A DNA stretch of 32,000 bases from Rhodobacter capsulatus SB 1003 (GTDB lineage: Bacteria; Pseudomonadota; Alphaproteobacteria; Rhodobacterales; Rhodobacteraceae): NCBI RefSeq assembly GCF_000021865.1, contig NC_014034.1, positions 3,120,001 through 3,152,000 on the forward strand, read 5' to 3'. The position numbers were made by a program, and so were the translations under genes. The notes under the pieces were generated by a model that was given only the letters and a program-made list of their open reading frames with translations, did not search any database and had not been told where the DNA came from. Below, in pieces: positions 16,926 through 24,683 of the stretch (its first letter is position 1; every line of letters starts with the position of its first letter).

Positions 16926-16946
16926 CGCCCGCCGGATCGGCGGGCG
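16926..16946 (-). terminator. Hairpin CGCCCGCCG-GAT-CGGCGGGCG, a possible intrinsic terminator
   Basis: Perfect 9-bp GC stem 22 nt downstream of the 16969 stop. On the minus strand it is followed by TCGCATTTC, a weak U-tract. Confidence 0.4.
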
Positions 16947-16968
16947 CTTCGGGTCATGCGAGAGACGA

Positions 16969-17613
16969 TCAGAAGGAAAAGCTGGCCTGCGGCTCGGCCT
17001 CGGCCCGGTCCAACCTGATCCGCGCGGCCAGAAGGTCCACCGCGGGCATCGCGTGGTGGAGGTCAAGTTTCATCACCTGAAACCACGTCTCCGCCTCACC
17101 TTGAGGTCTGGCCGTCCGTTCCTCCCGGTCGCGCAACCATTGCCCGGAAGCATACCTGGCGCACGATGCGCGCAACGCCTTGGCGGCGGCGGTGGCCGTC
17201 ATGCTCGCATATGGCGCCTCGCGCGACAGAGCGAGAACGAGGGCGTTCCGCTCGGCGATTTTTGCCGTGAATGCCAGCGGCCTGCGGCCATCCCGAGGCC
17301 GCAAGCCGAGGTGAAAGTCCAAGAAATCGTGCTGGCCGAGATCGCTTTCGAGCCAATCGCGGATCAAAGCCGACAGTTCTCTGACCGACCGATCAAGGCT
17401 CATTTCGCCCATCTCCACCAATCGCGCCAGTGCCGATCCGATAGCAACTGGCCCGGCCGCAAGAAGGGCCATCGGGTCATCTGCACCCCATTCGGCCGAG
17501 GTCGCCCACGCAGGCAAATCGGGGCGCTGGATCCACGCGCAGTCCATCCGTTCAGGCACGTCTTCGTGGTCTATCTCGAAGCCTCGGAGGGCCTCTGGGG
17601 CCGAGCTGCTCAT
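16969..17613 (-). CDS. Hypothetical protein
   Basis: 214 aa from ATG 17613, overlapping the upstream stop (ATGA). Composition is balanced. Confidence 0.6.
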   Translation of the reverse strand: MSSSAPEALRGFEIDHEDVPERMDCAWIQRPDLPAWATSAEWGADDPMALLAAGPVAIGSALARLVEMGEMSLDRSVRELSALIRDWLESDLGQHDFLDFHLGLRPRDGRRPLAFTAKIAERNALVLALSREAPYASMTATAAAKALRASCARYASGQWLRDREERTARPQGEAETWFQVMKLDLHHAMPAVDLLAARIRLDRAEAEPQASFSF

Positions 17614-17978
17614 GCTGCCCCCCGCGCACGACGGCACGCGGTCAGATCAAAAACGGTCGCGCTCGGTTTCTGGGGCGCGGTCGGGAGGGGCTTGACCGGG
17701 ACAGGGCCAAGGGCGGCACTTCCCCGGATCGCGATCAGTTCCAGCCGCACCGCAGTCGAGAGGTCTTCGATGCAGTGTTGCCGCATCAGGTCAGGTAGAC
17801 GTTTCCGTTCCAGAACGCGCACGGCTCGCTCGCGCCAGTTGCGCCAAAGCGCCGTCGCCCCCGCCCGGTCGCCACGATCCAACAAAGGCACGAGCGACCG
17901 GGCGAAGGCACGCTCGTCGAAGCCGGGCAGCAGTTTCTCGCGCGTGCCCCAGATGACAAAAAGCTTGTCGTCGTCCAT
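17610..17978 (-). CDS. Hypothetical protein
   Basis: ATG at 17978 (the track start at 17981 is TTG), with a TGATG overlap with the upstream gene. Confidence 0.6.
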   Translation of the reverse strand: MDDDKLFVIWGTREKLLPGFDERAFARSLVPLLDRGDRAGATALWRNWRERAVRVLERKRLPDLMRQHCIEDLSTAVRLELIAIRGSAALGPVPVKPLPTAPQKPSATVFDLTACRRARGAA

Positions 17979-18625
17979 CAAAAGCCCTCCCGGCCGTCAT
18001 CCTTGATCGGATAGCCTGCCGCCTCCAGCATGTCTTCGAGCGCCAAAATCGCCTCGGACGTCCTCTCAACTATCCTCACCGCGCGACGGAAATCGCGCGC
18101 TGCCTTTTCAGTGTGCGTGATGATTTCCGCGAGTTCGGGCATGTAGGACGAGGCGCGGATGGCACGGTGAAGCCCGGCGGCAACGACGCAGGCAGGCCAG
18201 CGGTTTTCGTCTGCTTCGATGGTCAGGGCCAACGTGAGCGAGGCCAGATAACCGCCGTGTGCCTCCTTGAGGTTCGGCTTCAGCGTAAGCAACGCGGCGA
18301 TGCTTTCGGCGACATCAGGGGCTGCAGCCTTCTTCGCCAGCGTCGATTCGATCCGTTTGCCGGTGCTGACGAGCCATTCGACATCCGGCAACCGGGCGTA
18401 TAACTCAGCAGCCTCAGCGGGATCGGACGGAATGCAAAGCCGTAACCCTGATGTGCTTTCCGCCCAAAGCCCGGTCAGTTCAGGGGCCAAAATTTCTCGG
18501 ACAGCCCTAGCCGGGGCAAGGATGCGGCCGAGCGCATCTTGCGACGGCGCACGCTGCGCAGGGCTTTGCTCGATCTCGTTGCGCCCCGTTTCCAGATTTG
18601 TGGGGAGATTCTTGGTCGGTTCCAT
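17978..18625 (-). CDS. Hypothetical protein
   Basis: ATG at 18625 is preceded by GAGG at about 8 nt. The alternative ATG at 18640 lacks an SD and overlaps the rep stop. Confidence 0.6.
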   Translation of the reverse strand: MEPTKNLPTNLETGRNEIEQSPAQRAPSQDALGRILAPARAVREILAPELTGLWAESTSGLRLCIPSDPAEAAELYARLPDVEWLVSTGKRIESTLAKKAAAPDVAESIAALLTLKPNLKEAHGGYLASLTLALTIEADENRWPACVVAAGLHRAIRASSYMPELAEIITHTEKAARDFRRAVRIVERTSEAILALEDMLEAAGYPIKDDGREGF

Positions 18626-18633
18626 CGTTCGCC

Positions 18634-19527
18634 TCACCATTTATGCGATAGTTGCGCTGCGGCGTATTCAGCCAGCGCGGCAGCGTCAGGAACTGCGCCA
18701 CCCCGGGGACTTGCAGAACGCGGGCGCGGCGGCGCCGGAATATCTGTCCAGCGTTTTTCCGCGAGCCAGTTCTTCGCCACTTTCGTAAAATGTAGCACGT
18801 CTCGGGGATCCTCGCCTGCATCGATTTTTGCGCGCAGCGACATGGCGTAAATTTCTGCGCCGCGGATGATCTGAGCCGGATCTTCGCCTGACGCGATGGC
18901 CGCCGCCCAAGCCGACTGCGCCGCAGATTTTGAGATGCGCTTGGGGTAGGTGCGCCAGAACACTTCAAAGCCGGTCGCGTCGATAATCTCTCCCGCCGCG
19001 GGTTCCATTACCGCGACGACTGCGGCAGCATCATCAGCTTGGGGGATATAGGGGGAACTCTCCCTAATATCTTCCAGTTGTTGAGGTCTAGTAGTTGGGG
19101 TTCGATTTTGTGGACTTTTATCCACCTGTTCGTGGACTTTATTCGAGATTAAGTCCACGTTCGTAGACTTTATTGCCTCATCGAATTGGTTCGATTTCGT
19201 GGACTTTATTGCGGGGATGATCGCCTGATAGGTTGCGGCGTCGCGGCCACGGCGCCGGTCTTCATCCGAACGTGACGACAGTTTCTGCGATGCCAGCGCC
19301 AGTAGTCCGGCGGCCTTGAGGCGCGCGATGACCCCAGCGGCGGCGGCGCGTCCCACGCCGAGGTCGGATTGCAAATCAGTGTAGGATCGGAAAAAGCGAC
19401 CATCGTCGCCGACCCAGCGCAAAAGCAGAACGGCGGCGGTTACATCGAGGTCGCGCAGATCGTGGTGTCGTGTCGCGACCATTGAAGCGACCGCCTTGAC
19501 CCACGCAACCCCGTTGAAATCACTCAT
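18634..19527 (-). CDS. Replication initiator-like protein (N-terminal wHTH) with an origin-like iteron array inside the gene
   Basis: 297 aa. The wHTH-like segment is SYTDLQSDLGVGRAAAAGVIARLKAAGLL. The central low-complexity linker is encoded by the iteron DNA. Its position after the excisionase-like gene is typical of island Rep/Pri genes. Confidence 0.65.
   Translation of the reverse strand: MSDFNGVAWVKAVASMVATRHHDLRDLDVTAAVLLLRWVGDDGRFFRSYTDLQSDLGVGRAAAAGVIARLKAAGLLALASQKLSSRSDEDRRRGRDAATYQAIIPAIKSTKSNQFDEAIKSTNVDLISNKVHEQVDKSPQNRTPTTRPQQLEDIRESSPYIPQADDAAAVVAVMEPAAGEIIDATGFEVFWRTYPKRISKSAAQSAWAAAIASGEDPAQIIRGAEIYAMSLRAKIDAGEDPRDVLHFTKVAKNWLAEKRWTDIPAPPRPRSASPRGGAVPDAAALAEYAAAQLSHKW
19110..19210. 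repeat. Iteron array (T)TCGTGGACTTTATT (four direct copies plus one inverted core)
   Basis: GTGGACTTTTAT at 19110-19121. GTGGACTTTATT at 19132-19143 and 19199-19210. GTAGACTTTATT at 19163-19174. Inverted AAGTCCAC at 19151-19158. The stretch is locally AT-rich inside a GC-rich gene. Confidence 0.85.
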
Positions 19528-19536
19528 GCTGCACCT

Positions 19537-19725
19537 TCACGCGGCAGTGTCGGTCGGAAGCAGGGTCGCCACGTAGCGGTCAAGCTCGATCTTCGCGACG
19601 AGGGATTTCCCGTGGATTTTCGAAAGGCGGATCTCGCCCGCGCTGACGAGTTCGTAAAACTTCGACCGCCCAAGGCGCAGCACTTCGCGGGCCTCGTTCA
19701 CGGTCAGGAAGATGGGGGTGGTCAT
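19537..19725 (-). CDS. AlpA/excisionase-family HTH DNA-binding protein
   Basis: 62 aa: MTTPIFLTVNEAREVLRLGRSKFYELVSAGEIRLSKIHGKSLV. AGGAG lies 8 nt upstream of ATG 19725. Confidence 0.8.
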   Translation of the reverse strand: MTTPIFLTVNEAREVLRLGRSKFYELVSAGEIRLSKIHGKSLVAKIELDRYVATLLPTDTAA

Positions 19726-19811
19726 CGGTTGGGCTCCTGTTATCCGCGCCAATCCGCGTTGGCGCATTAATGTTTTTGCGCCCGAACCCCCTCACATGGC
19801 AAAGAAGGAAC

Positions 19812-20558
19812 CTAAGATTTTTCCCCGAGGTTTTTTCGCGCGGCGGCTATCGTCTCGGGACGATCAAGCCGGATGGCATCGACCGCGGCCATTGCCGCGT
19901 CGATGATGCGCGCCACCAAATCGGCGTCGAAATTGTCAAGGGCAGAGCGCAGGCGCCAGTCCAGATCCTCGCGCCAGGCTTTGCGCGGCGCACCGTTCTT
20001 CCCGTTCGTTGCGTGGTCAATCGCCGCCAAATCGCGCGCAAGGGCTTCGGCGGCGACGGCGGCGGTCATGGCGTGCCCCGTCGCGGAAGCGGTCAGCGCC
20101 GCACCAAGCGCCTCACCCTGCGCCTGCACACGCGCGCTCAGTTCTTGCGCTTTGCGGGCAAAGTTCGCCACCTGTTCGTTCAGCGACTTGAATTCCGGTC
20201 GAGAAAAACCGCCAGACCGGGCGCGCAGCGCCCTGATCACCGCCGTCTCAACCTCGGGCGGAAGGCCACCTGATCTAGCAATCAAGACAATCTCGCGATC
20301 ATGCAGCGCGGCGTTGATCGCGCACACTACAGCCGACAAGGCCGCCGCCTCGAATTGTGTTCGCGCCGCTGGTTCGATCAGGAACGGAAGATCGTCGTCA
20401 CCATCCGTAGGCGCGCGGGGCGGGTATGCCTCGGGCATCCGCTCGGTGCGAACGGTTGCATCGGGCGAGGCGGTGATTTCCAGCACCCGCAGGTTTCCCA
20501 CCGCATCATGCAGCAGGCCAGATAGGTCGATCCGCTCGGCATCAAGGCGAATGCGCAT
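19812..20558 (-). CDS. Hypothetical protein immediately downstream of the integrase
   Basis: 248 aa. ATG 20558 directly abuts the integrase stop at 20559. Confidence 0.6.
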   Translation of the reverse strand: MRIRLDAERIDLSGLLHDAVGNLRVLEITASPDATVRTERMPEAYPPRAPTDGDDDLPFLIEPAARTQFEAAALSAVVCAINAALHDREIVLIARSGGLPPEVETAVIRALRARSGGFSRPEFKSLNEQVANFARKAQELSARVQAQGEALGAALTASATGHAMTAAVAAEALARDLAAIDHATNGKNGAPRKAWREDLDWRLRSALDNFDADLVARIIDAAMAAVDAIRLDRPETIAAARKNLGEKS

Positions 20559-21851
20559 TCAGCCCTCCCCGCCCGCGGCCCGCAGCGGCACGACGTTTTC
20601 CGCGTCCGGCGGGGCAGCGACGAAAGCCGCCCATTGCTCCATAAGCACGCGGCGCCGGTCGAAAAGATCAGACCGAAGATAGGCCCTCACGGTCGCATCA
20701 CCGATCTGGTGCGCCAGGGCTTGCTCGATCACGTCGAAGGGCGCGCTCGAACATTCGGCAGCCCAATCCCGAAATGCAGATCGGAACCCGTGAACCGTGG
20801 CATCGACGCCCATGCGCTTGAGAACCGCCCCGAGCGTCATGTCTGAAAGCTGGGCATGGCGCAGGCCGGGGAACACCAGCGCCCCCGGCCGATCTTCCGG
20901 GCGGCGCGGGCGCAGCGGCAGCATCGTTTCGATGACCTCCACCGCCCTATCCGTCAACGGGACGCGATGTTCCCGGCCTGCCTTCATCCTCTCACTCGGG
21001 ATAGTCCAGACCCGAGCGTCTAGGTCGAATTCGCCCCATCGTGCGCCGCGTACCTCGCCCGAGCGCGACGCGCATAGGATCAGAAATTCTAGCGCGCGGG
21101 CGGCCACGCCCTCGCGGTCGGCCAGCGCGGTCATGAACGCGGGCAAGTCACGCCATGGAAGGGCCGTGAAATGACCTTTGCTCAGCACTCCATGCGCGGG
21201 TAGAAGCAGTGCAAGGTGGCCCTGCCAGCGCGCGGGGTTCAGCCCCATCGGGCGCAGCCCTTCGACCATCGCGGCATCGAGAACCTTTTCGATCCGCTGT
21301 CTGATCCGGCTGGCCGTTTCTCGTTTCGTGTTCCAGATCGGCCGGATGACGGTCAGCACGTCGTCCACTCCGACCTCGGCCACCGGGCGCTTGCGAAGGT
21401 CCGCGCAATAATCGGGGCCGGGCTTGGCCCGCCCGCCCTCTTTGACCTCGGGGCCGAGCAACGTGCTGCGCCACTGCGCACGGTGCTTGGCATTTTTCCA
21501 ATCGCCCTCGCGCGCCTCGATGAACTGGCTGGCGTATTCCCCGAAAGTCGTCAGACCGGCTGCGGCGGCCTTGGCCTCGGCCTTGGCGGCCTTCTTGGCG
21601 TCGAGCGGGTCTTGCCCGGCGGCCAGCAGGCGGCGGGCCTCGGCGGCCTTCTCCCGGGCGTCGGCTAGGGACACGGTAGGGAAAGGCCCCAACCCCATTT
21701 CTCGTTGCTTGCCGTTGAGCCGATAGAAGAACACCCAGGAGCGGGCGCCACTCTTCGTGATGTTGAAATAGAGGTTCCCGCCGTCACTGTGCCGCCCGGG
21801 TTCGGTCAATGCAGCGATTCCGCGCGCGGTAAGTCGATTGATGCCAGCCAT
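20559..21851 (-). CDS. int: Tyrosine integrase, P4-type, with a DUF4102-like arm-binding N-terminus
   Basis: N-terminus LTARGIAALTEPGRHSDGGNLYFNITKSGARSWVFFYRLNGKQREMGLG. Catalytic region GEVRGARWGEF ... HGFRSAFRDWAAE ... VRAYLRSD. It is adjacent to the tRNA-Ser 3' end. Confidence 0.93.
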   Translation of the reverse strand: MAGINRLTARGIAALTEPGRHSDGGNLYFNITKSGARSWVFFYRLNGKQREMGLGPFPTVSLADAREKAAEARRLLAAGQDPLDAKKAAKAEAKAAAAGLTTFGEYASQFIEAREGDWKNAKHRAQWRSTLLGPEVKEGGRAKPGPDYCADLRKRPVAEVGVDDVLTVIRPIWNTKRETASRIRQRIEKVLDAAMVEGLRPMGLNPARWQGHLALLLPAHGVLSKGHFTALPWRDLPAFMTALADREGVAARALEFLILCASRSGEVRGARWGEFDLDARVWTIPSERMKAGREHRVPLTDRAVEVIETMLPLRPRRPEDRPGALVFPGLRHAQLSDMTLGAVLKRMGVDATVHGFRSAFRDWAAECSSAPFDVIEQALAHQIGDATVRAYLRSDLFDRRRVLMEQWAAFVAAPPDAENVVPLRAAGGEG

Positions 21852-21871
21852 CCCCGCCCTCGCAATGTGCC

Positions 21872-21924
21872 GTCCCTAGCGTCCCTGATGGGAGGGGTCA
21901 GCAATCCCTAGCGCAATCCCTAAC
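21872..21924. promoter_or_regulatory. Cluster of (A/G)TCCCTA(G/A)C motifs at the integrase-proximal end of island 2 (candidate arm-type sites)
   Basis: GTCCCTAGC at 21872-21880, GTCCCTG at 21881-21887, ATCCCTAGC at 21904-21912 and ATCCCTAAC at 21916-21924. The same motif occurs at the distal end (7992-8095). Confidence 0.45.
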
Positions 21925-22047
21925 ACAAAACGCGGATTCTGGCAAACCTGAGCGGACAAACGCAAACGCAGGAAGACGAAAAGCGGGGAATTTCCGTTGA
22001 AAAACCGGATATTAGCGGATCGCTTCGGATTTCTGCGGAAGAGGGGG

Positions 22048-22137
22048 TGGCGGACGGGATGGGATTCGAACCCACGAGACGGTTCCCCGCCTACACACTT
22101 TCCAGGCGTGCGCCTTCGACCACTCGGCCACCCGTCC
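22048..22137 (-). tRNA. tRNA-Ser (anticodon GGA), 90 nt with encoded CCA
   Basis: Manual fold: acceptor GGACGGG/CCCGTCC, D-arm GCC-GAGTGGTCGAA-GGC, anticodon stem CACGC/GTGTG with loop CTGGAAA, an 18-nt variable arm, and T-arm GTGGG-TTCGAAT-CCCAT. The discriminator is G, followed by CCA. Confidence 0.9.
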
Positions 22138-22157
22138 GCGGCCGGGTTTAGCGGCAA

Positions 22158-22183
22158 ATCTCCCCCCTCGCAAGAGGGGAGAT
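22158..22183 (-). terminator. Hairpin ATCTCCCC...GGGGAGAT downstream of the channel gene
   Basis: 8-bp stem (22158-22165 / 22176-22183), possibly extended around a GCAA tetraloop. On the minus strand it is followed by TTTGCC. It lies between the stop at 22200 and the tRNA 5' end. Confidence 0.5.
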
Positions 22184-22199
22184 CGCCCTTCAGCCCGTC

Positions 22200-24683
22200 T
22201 CAGCGGTCGTCGCCTTCCTCGGCGCCGTCGTTGTCCGACAGAACCGCAATCCCCTCGCCCGGCTCGGGACGCGCGGGCGCGGGCGCCGCCGCGATCGTGC
22301 CGTGGCCCACCACCATCTTTTCCGCCGGAGGCACGTAATCGGACCGCAGCATCTCGGGGTTGCGGATCCAGACATCGCGCTGCGGGAAGGGAATCTCGAT
22401 CCCCTCGCGGGCGAACCGTTCCGCGATCTGGTGGTTCATCTCCGAATGCACCCGCAGCTTGAAGTTCACATCCGACAGGATCGCGCGGATCTCGAAGTTC
22501 AGACTGTCCGCCCCGAAGCCGGTGAAGACGGCAAAGGGCGGCGGATTCATCATCACCAGCGGATGCGCCTGGGCGATCTCGGCCAGCATCGCCTCGATCC
22601 GGCGGGTGTCATTGCCGTAAGCCACCCCCACCGGCACGATCAGCCGACCGGTCTTGTTGCCGCGCGTCCAGTTCGTCACCGCCCCCGAAATCAGATCGGC
22701 ATTCGGCACGATCACATCGGTGCGGTCGAAGGTCTCGATGATCGTCGCGCGCACCGAGATGTTCTTGACGATGCCCTGACGGCCGCCGACCTCGATCCAG
22801 TCGCCTTCGGAAATCGGCCGTTCGACCAGCAGGATGATGCCCGAGACGAAGTTCTGCACGATCGTCTGCAGACCGAAACCGATGCCGACCGAGAGCGCCC
22901 CGGCGACGATCGCCAGCGACGACAGGTTGATCCCGGCGGTCGATATCGCGATCAGCGCCGCCAGCAGGATGCCGACATAGCCCAGCCCGGAAACGATGGC
23001 GTTCTGGCCGCCTTTGTCGATCGTCGTGCGCGGCAGGATCGACGCCTTGAGCGCGCCCTGAAAGATCCGCGTCAGCGTGTAGCCGATGGTGAAGACGACG
23101 GCGAAGGTGATGAAGGAGGTGGGCGAAATCCGCACCCCGCCCACCGAGATCCCGGCCTGGAACGAGGTCCAGAGCTCGATCAGATCCTCGACCCGCGCCC
23201 CCCAGATCAGCGCCAGAACCGGCATCGAAGCCAGCGACAGCAGGAAGCCCCCCAGCACCGGCAACAGCGCGTCACGGCGGGCTTCGGGGCCGGAGACGGT
23301 GACGTAAAGCTCGGCCAGGAAGCTTTGCAGCGTGATCACCAGCGCCAGCAGCCCCAGCGTCTGCACGGCGGGCCAGATCAGCGCATTGGCGGCGCTGACA
23401 TAGCCGATCACCCCCAGCACCGGCCCGGCCACGGCGATCAGCAACAGCGCATTGCCAAGCCAGCGCAGCAGACCCAGCCGGAAGGCGCCGTCGGCCTCTT
23501 CGGCGAGGATCGCGCCATTGCCCTGACGGCGCAAAAGCTGCCCCATGCGGAACAGCGCCAGCGCCGCGAAGACCTGCAGCGGCACCTGCAGCACCGACAG
23601 CGCCGCATCGGCCTTGGCCGCGACATCCGCCGCGCGTTCCGAACCAAGCTCGCCCGCGCCGCCCAGAAAATCCTCGGCCCGGGGCGCGATCCACATTTCG
23701 ATCAGCCGATAGGCCATGAAGGCCAGACCCAGCATCAGCGCATAGACCCGCCCCTCGGCGCCGGGGGTGATCACCCCCTCGCCCGCTTGCGGCGGAAACA
23801 CCCGCGTGCCCAGCCAGCGCGCCGCCAGCACGACAAACAGCATCCCCGGCGCCAGCAGGTAAAGCGAGGACAGGATCGGCCCGAAGAGCGCCGTCTTCTC
23901 CAGCGCCGTCGTCGCCATCACCGCCCCCGCGGTGGGCAAAAGCACCTGCCCGAAGCTGACGATGCCGGAAATCAGATTGCGCCCGCGCATCGCGGTTTTC
24001 GTCAAAAGCCAGCGCGTCAGCCGCGCCATCCAGGCCCCGCCCCGCGCCAGAAGCAACAGCGCGCCCAGGATCAGGCCGATGATCAGGGGGGCATTGTCAC
24101 GCGCGGTCTCGTAATTCACCGGCTGCGTGAAGCGCCAATGCGTCTCCTCATAGATCCATTCGCCCATCCAGCGCAAAAGCGAGGCCCCCGCGGGCCAGTT
24201 CACCGGATTGGCCACCGAGGGCGAAAGCCGCAACAGCTTGTCCGCCTGCCGTTCGCGGATCAGCTTGTCGATGGCACGGATGATCGCATCCGAGCGGCTT
24301 GCAGCCTCGGTCGCCGAGATCCCCGGCGCCTGAAGCTTTGAAAGCTGGGTGTTCAGATCGTCGCGGCGTTTGGCGATCAGCGGATCTTCGGGCGTGCCCT
24401 CGGCGGGGGGCGGGCCCAGCGCCGCGATCTGGCTTTTCAGCGTGTCGATCTGGCTGGCGTTCGTGCCCTGCGCCTCGGTGAAGGTGGTGCGCCATTTCAC
24501 CATCTCGGCGCGCATGTCGGACAGCCGCGCATCCGAGATCTCGCCCTTGGCGACGGCCTCCTCGACCTGCGAGGAGGCCTTGGTGAAGGCCTTGTAATTC
24601 GGTTCGCCGTCGCTTTGCGCCGCGACGGGCAGCGCAAGGACCAGCGTCAGCAGAAGGACGCGCAGAAACAGGCGGGCGATCAT
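22200..24683 (-). CDS. MscK/KefA-like mechanosensitive ion channel (MscS superfamily)
   Basis: 827 aa. It has a signal peptide (MIARLFLRVLLLTLVLALPVAAQ), a long helical periplasmic region, multiple TM segments and an MscS-type C-terminal domain (GDWIEVGGRQGIVKNISVRATIIETFDRTDVIVPNADLISGAVTNWT). Confidence 0.9.
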   Translation of the reverse strand: MIARLFLRVLLLTLVLALPVAAQSDGEPNYKAFTKASSQVEEAVAKGEISDARLSDMRAEMVKWRTTFTEAQGTNASQIDTLKSQIAALGPPPAEGTPEDPLIAKRRDDLNTQLSKLQAPGISATEAASRSDAIIRAIDKLIRERQADKLLRLSPSVANPVNWPAGASLLRWMGEWIYEETHWRFTQPVNYETARDNAPLIIGLILGALLLLARGGAWMARLTRWLLTKTAMRGRNLISGIVSFGQVLLPTAGAVMATTALEKTALFGPILSSLYLLAPGMLFVVLAARWLGTRVFPPQAGEGVITPGAEGRVYALMLGLAFMAYRLIEMWIAPRAEDFLGGAGELGSERAADVAAKADAALSVLQVPLQVFAALALFRMGQLLRRQGNGAILAEEADGAFRLGLLRWLGNALLLIAVAGPVLGVIGYVSAANALIWPAVQTLGLLALVITLQSFLAELYVTVSGPEARRDALLPVLGGFLLSLASMPVLALIWGARVEDLIELWTSFQAGISVGGVRISPTSFITFAVVFTIGYTLTRIFQGALKASILPRTTIDKGGQNAIVSGLGYVGILLAALIAISTAGINLSSLAIVAGALSVGIGFGLQTIVQNFVSGIILLVERPISEGDWIEVGGRQGIVKNISVRATIIETFDRTDVIVPNADLISGAVTNWTRGNKTGRLIVPVGVAYGNDTRRIEAMLAEIAQAHPLVMMNPPPFAVFTGFGADSLNFEIRAILSDVNFKLRVHSEMNHQIAERFAREGIEIPFPQRDVWIRNPEMLRSDYVPPAEKMVVGHGTIAAAPAPARPEPGEGIAVLSDNDGAEEGDDR

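Larger units (their letters stand above)
7915..22063. mobile_element. Genomic island 2 (~14.1 kb) integrated in the 3' end of tRNA-Ser(GGA); phage-satellite/PICI-like
   Basis: It is bounded by the exact 18-bp direct repeat GGTGGCGGACGGGATGGG at 7915-7932 and 22046-22063. A P4-type integrase lies next to the tRNA. It also holds an excisionase-like HTH, a Rep with iterons, TerS-like genes and cargo genes. Confidence 0.85.

Noticed and set aside
22302-24341. 679-aa plus-strand ORF
   Set aside because: It lies antisense to the MscK-like channel gene. Its translation is dominated by R/P/G/D/Q/H runs and has no recognisable motifs.
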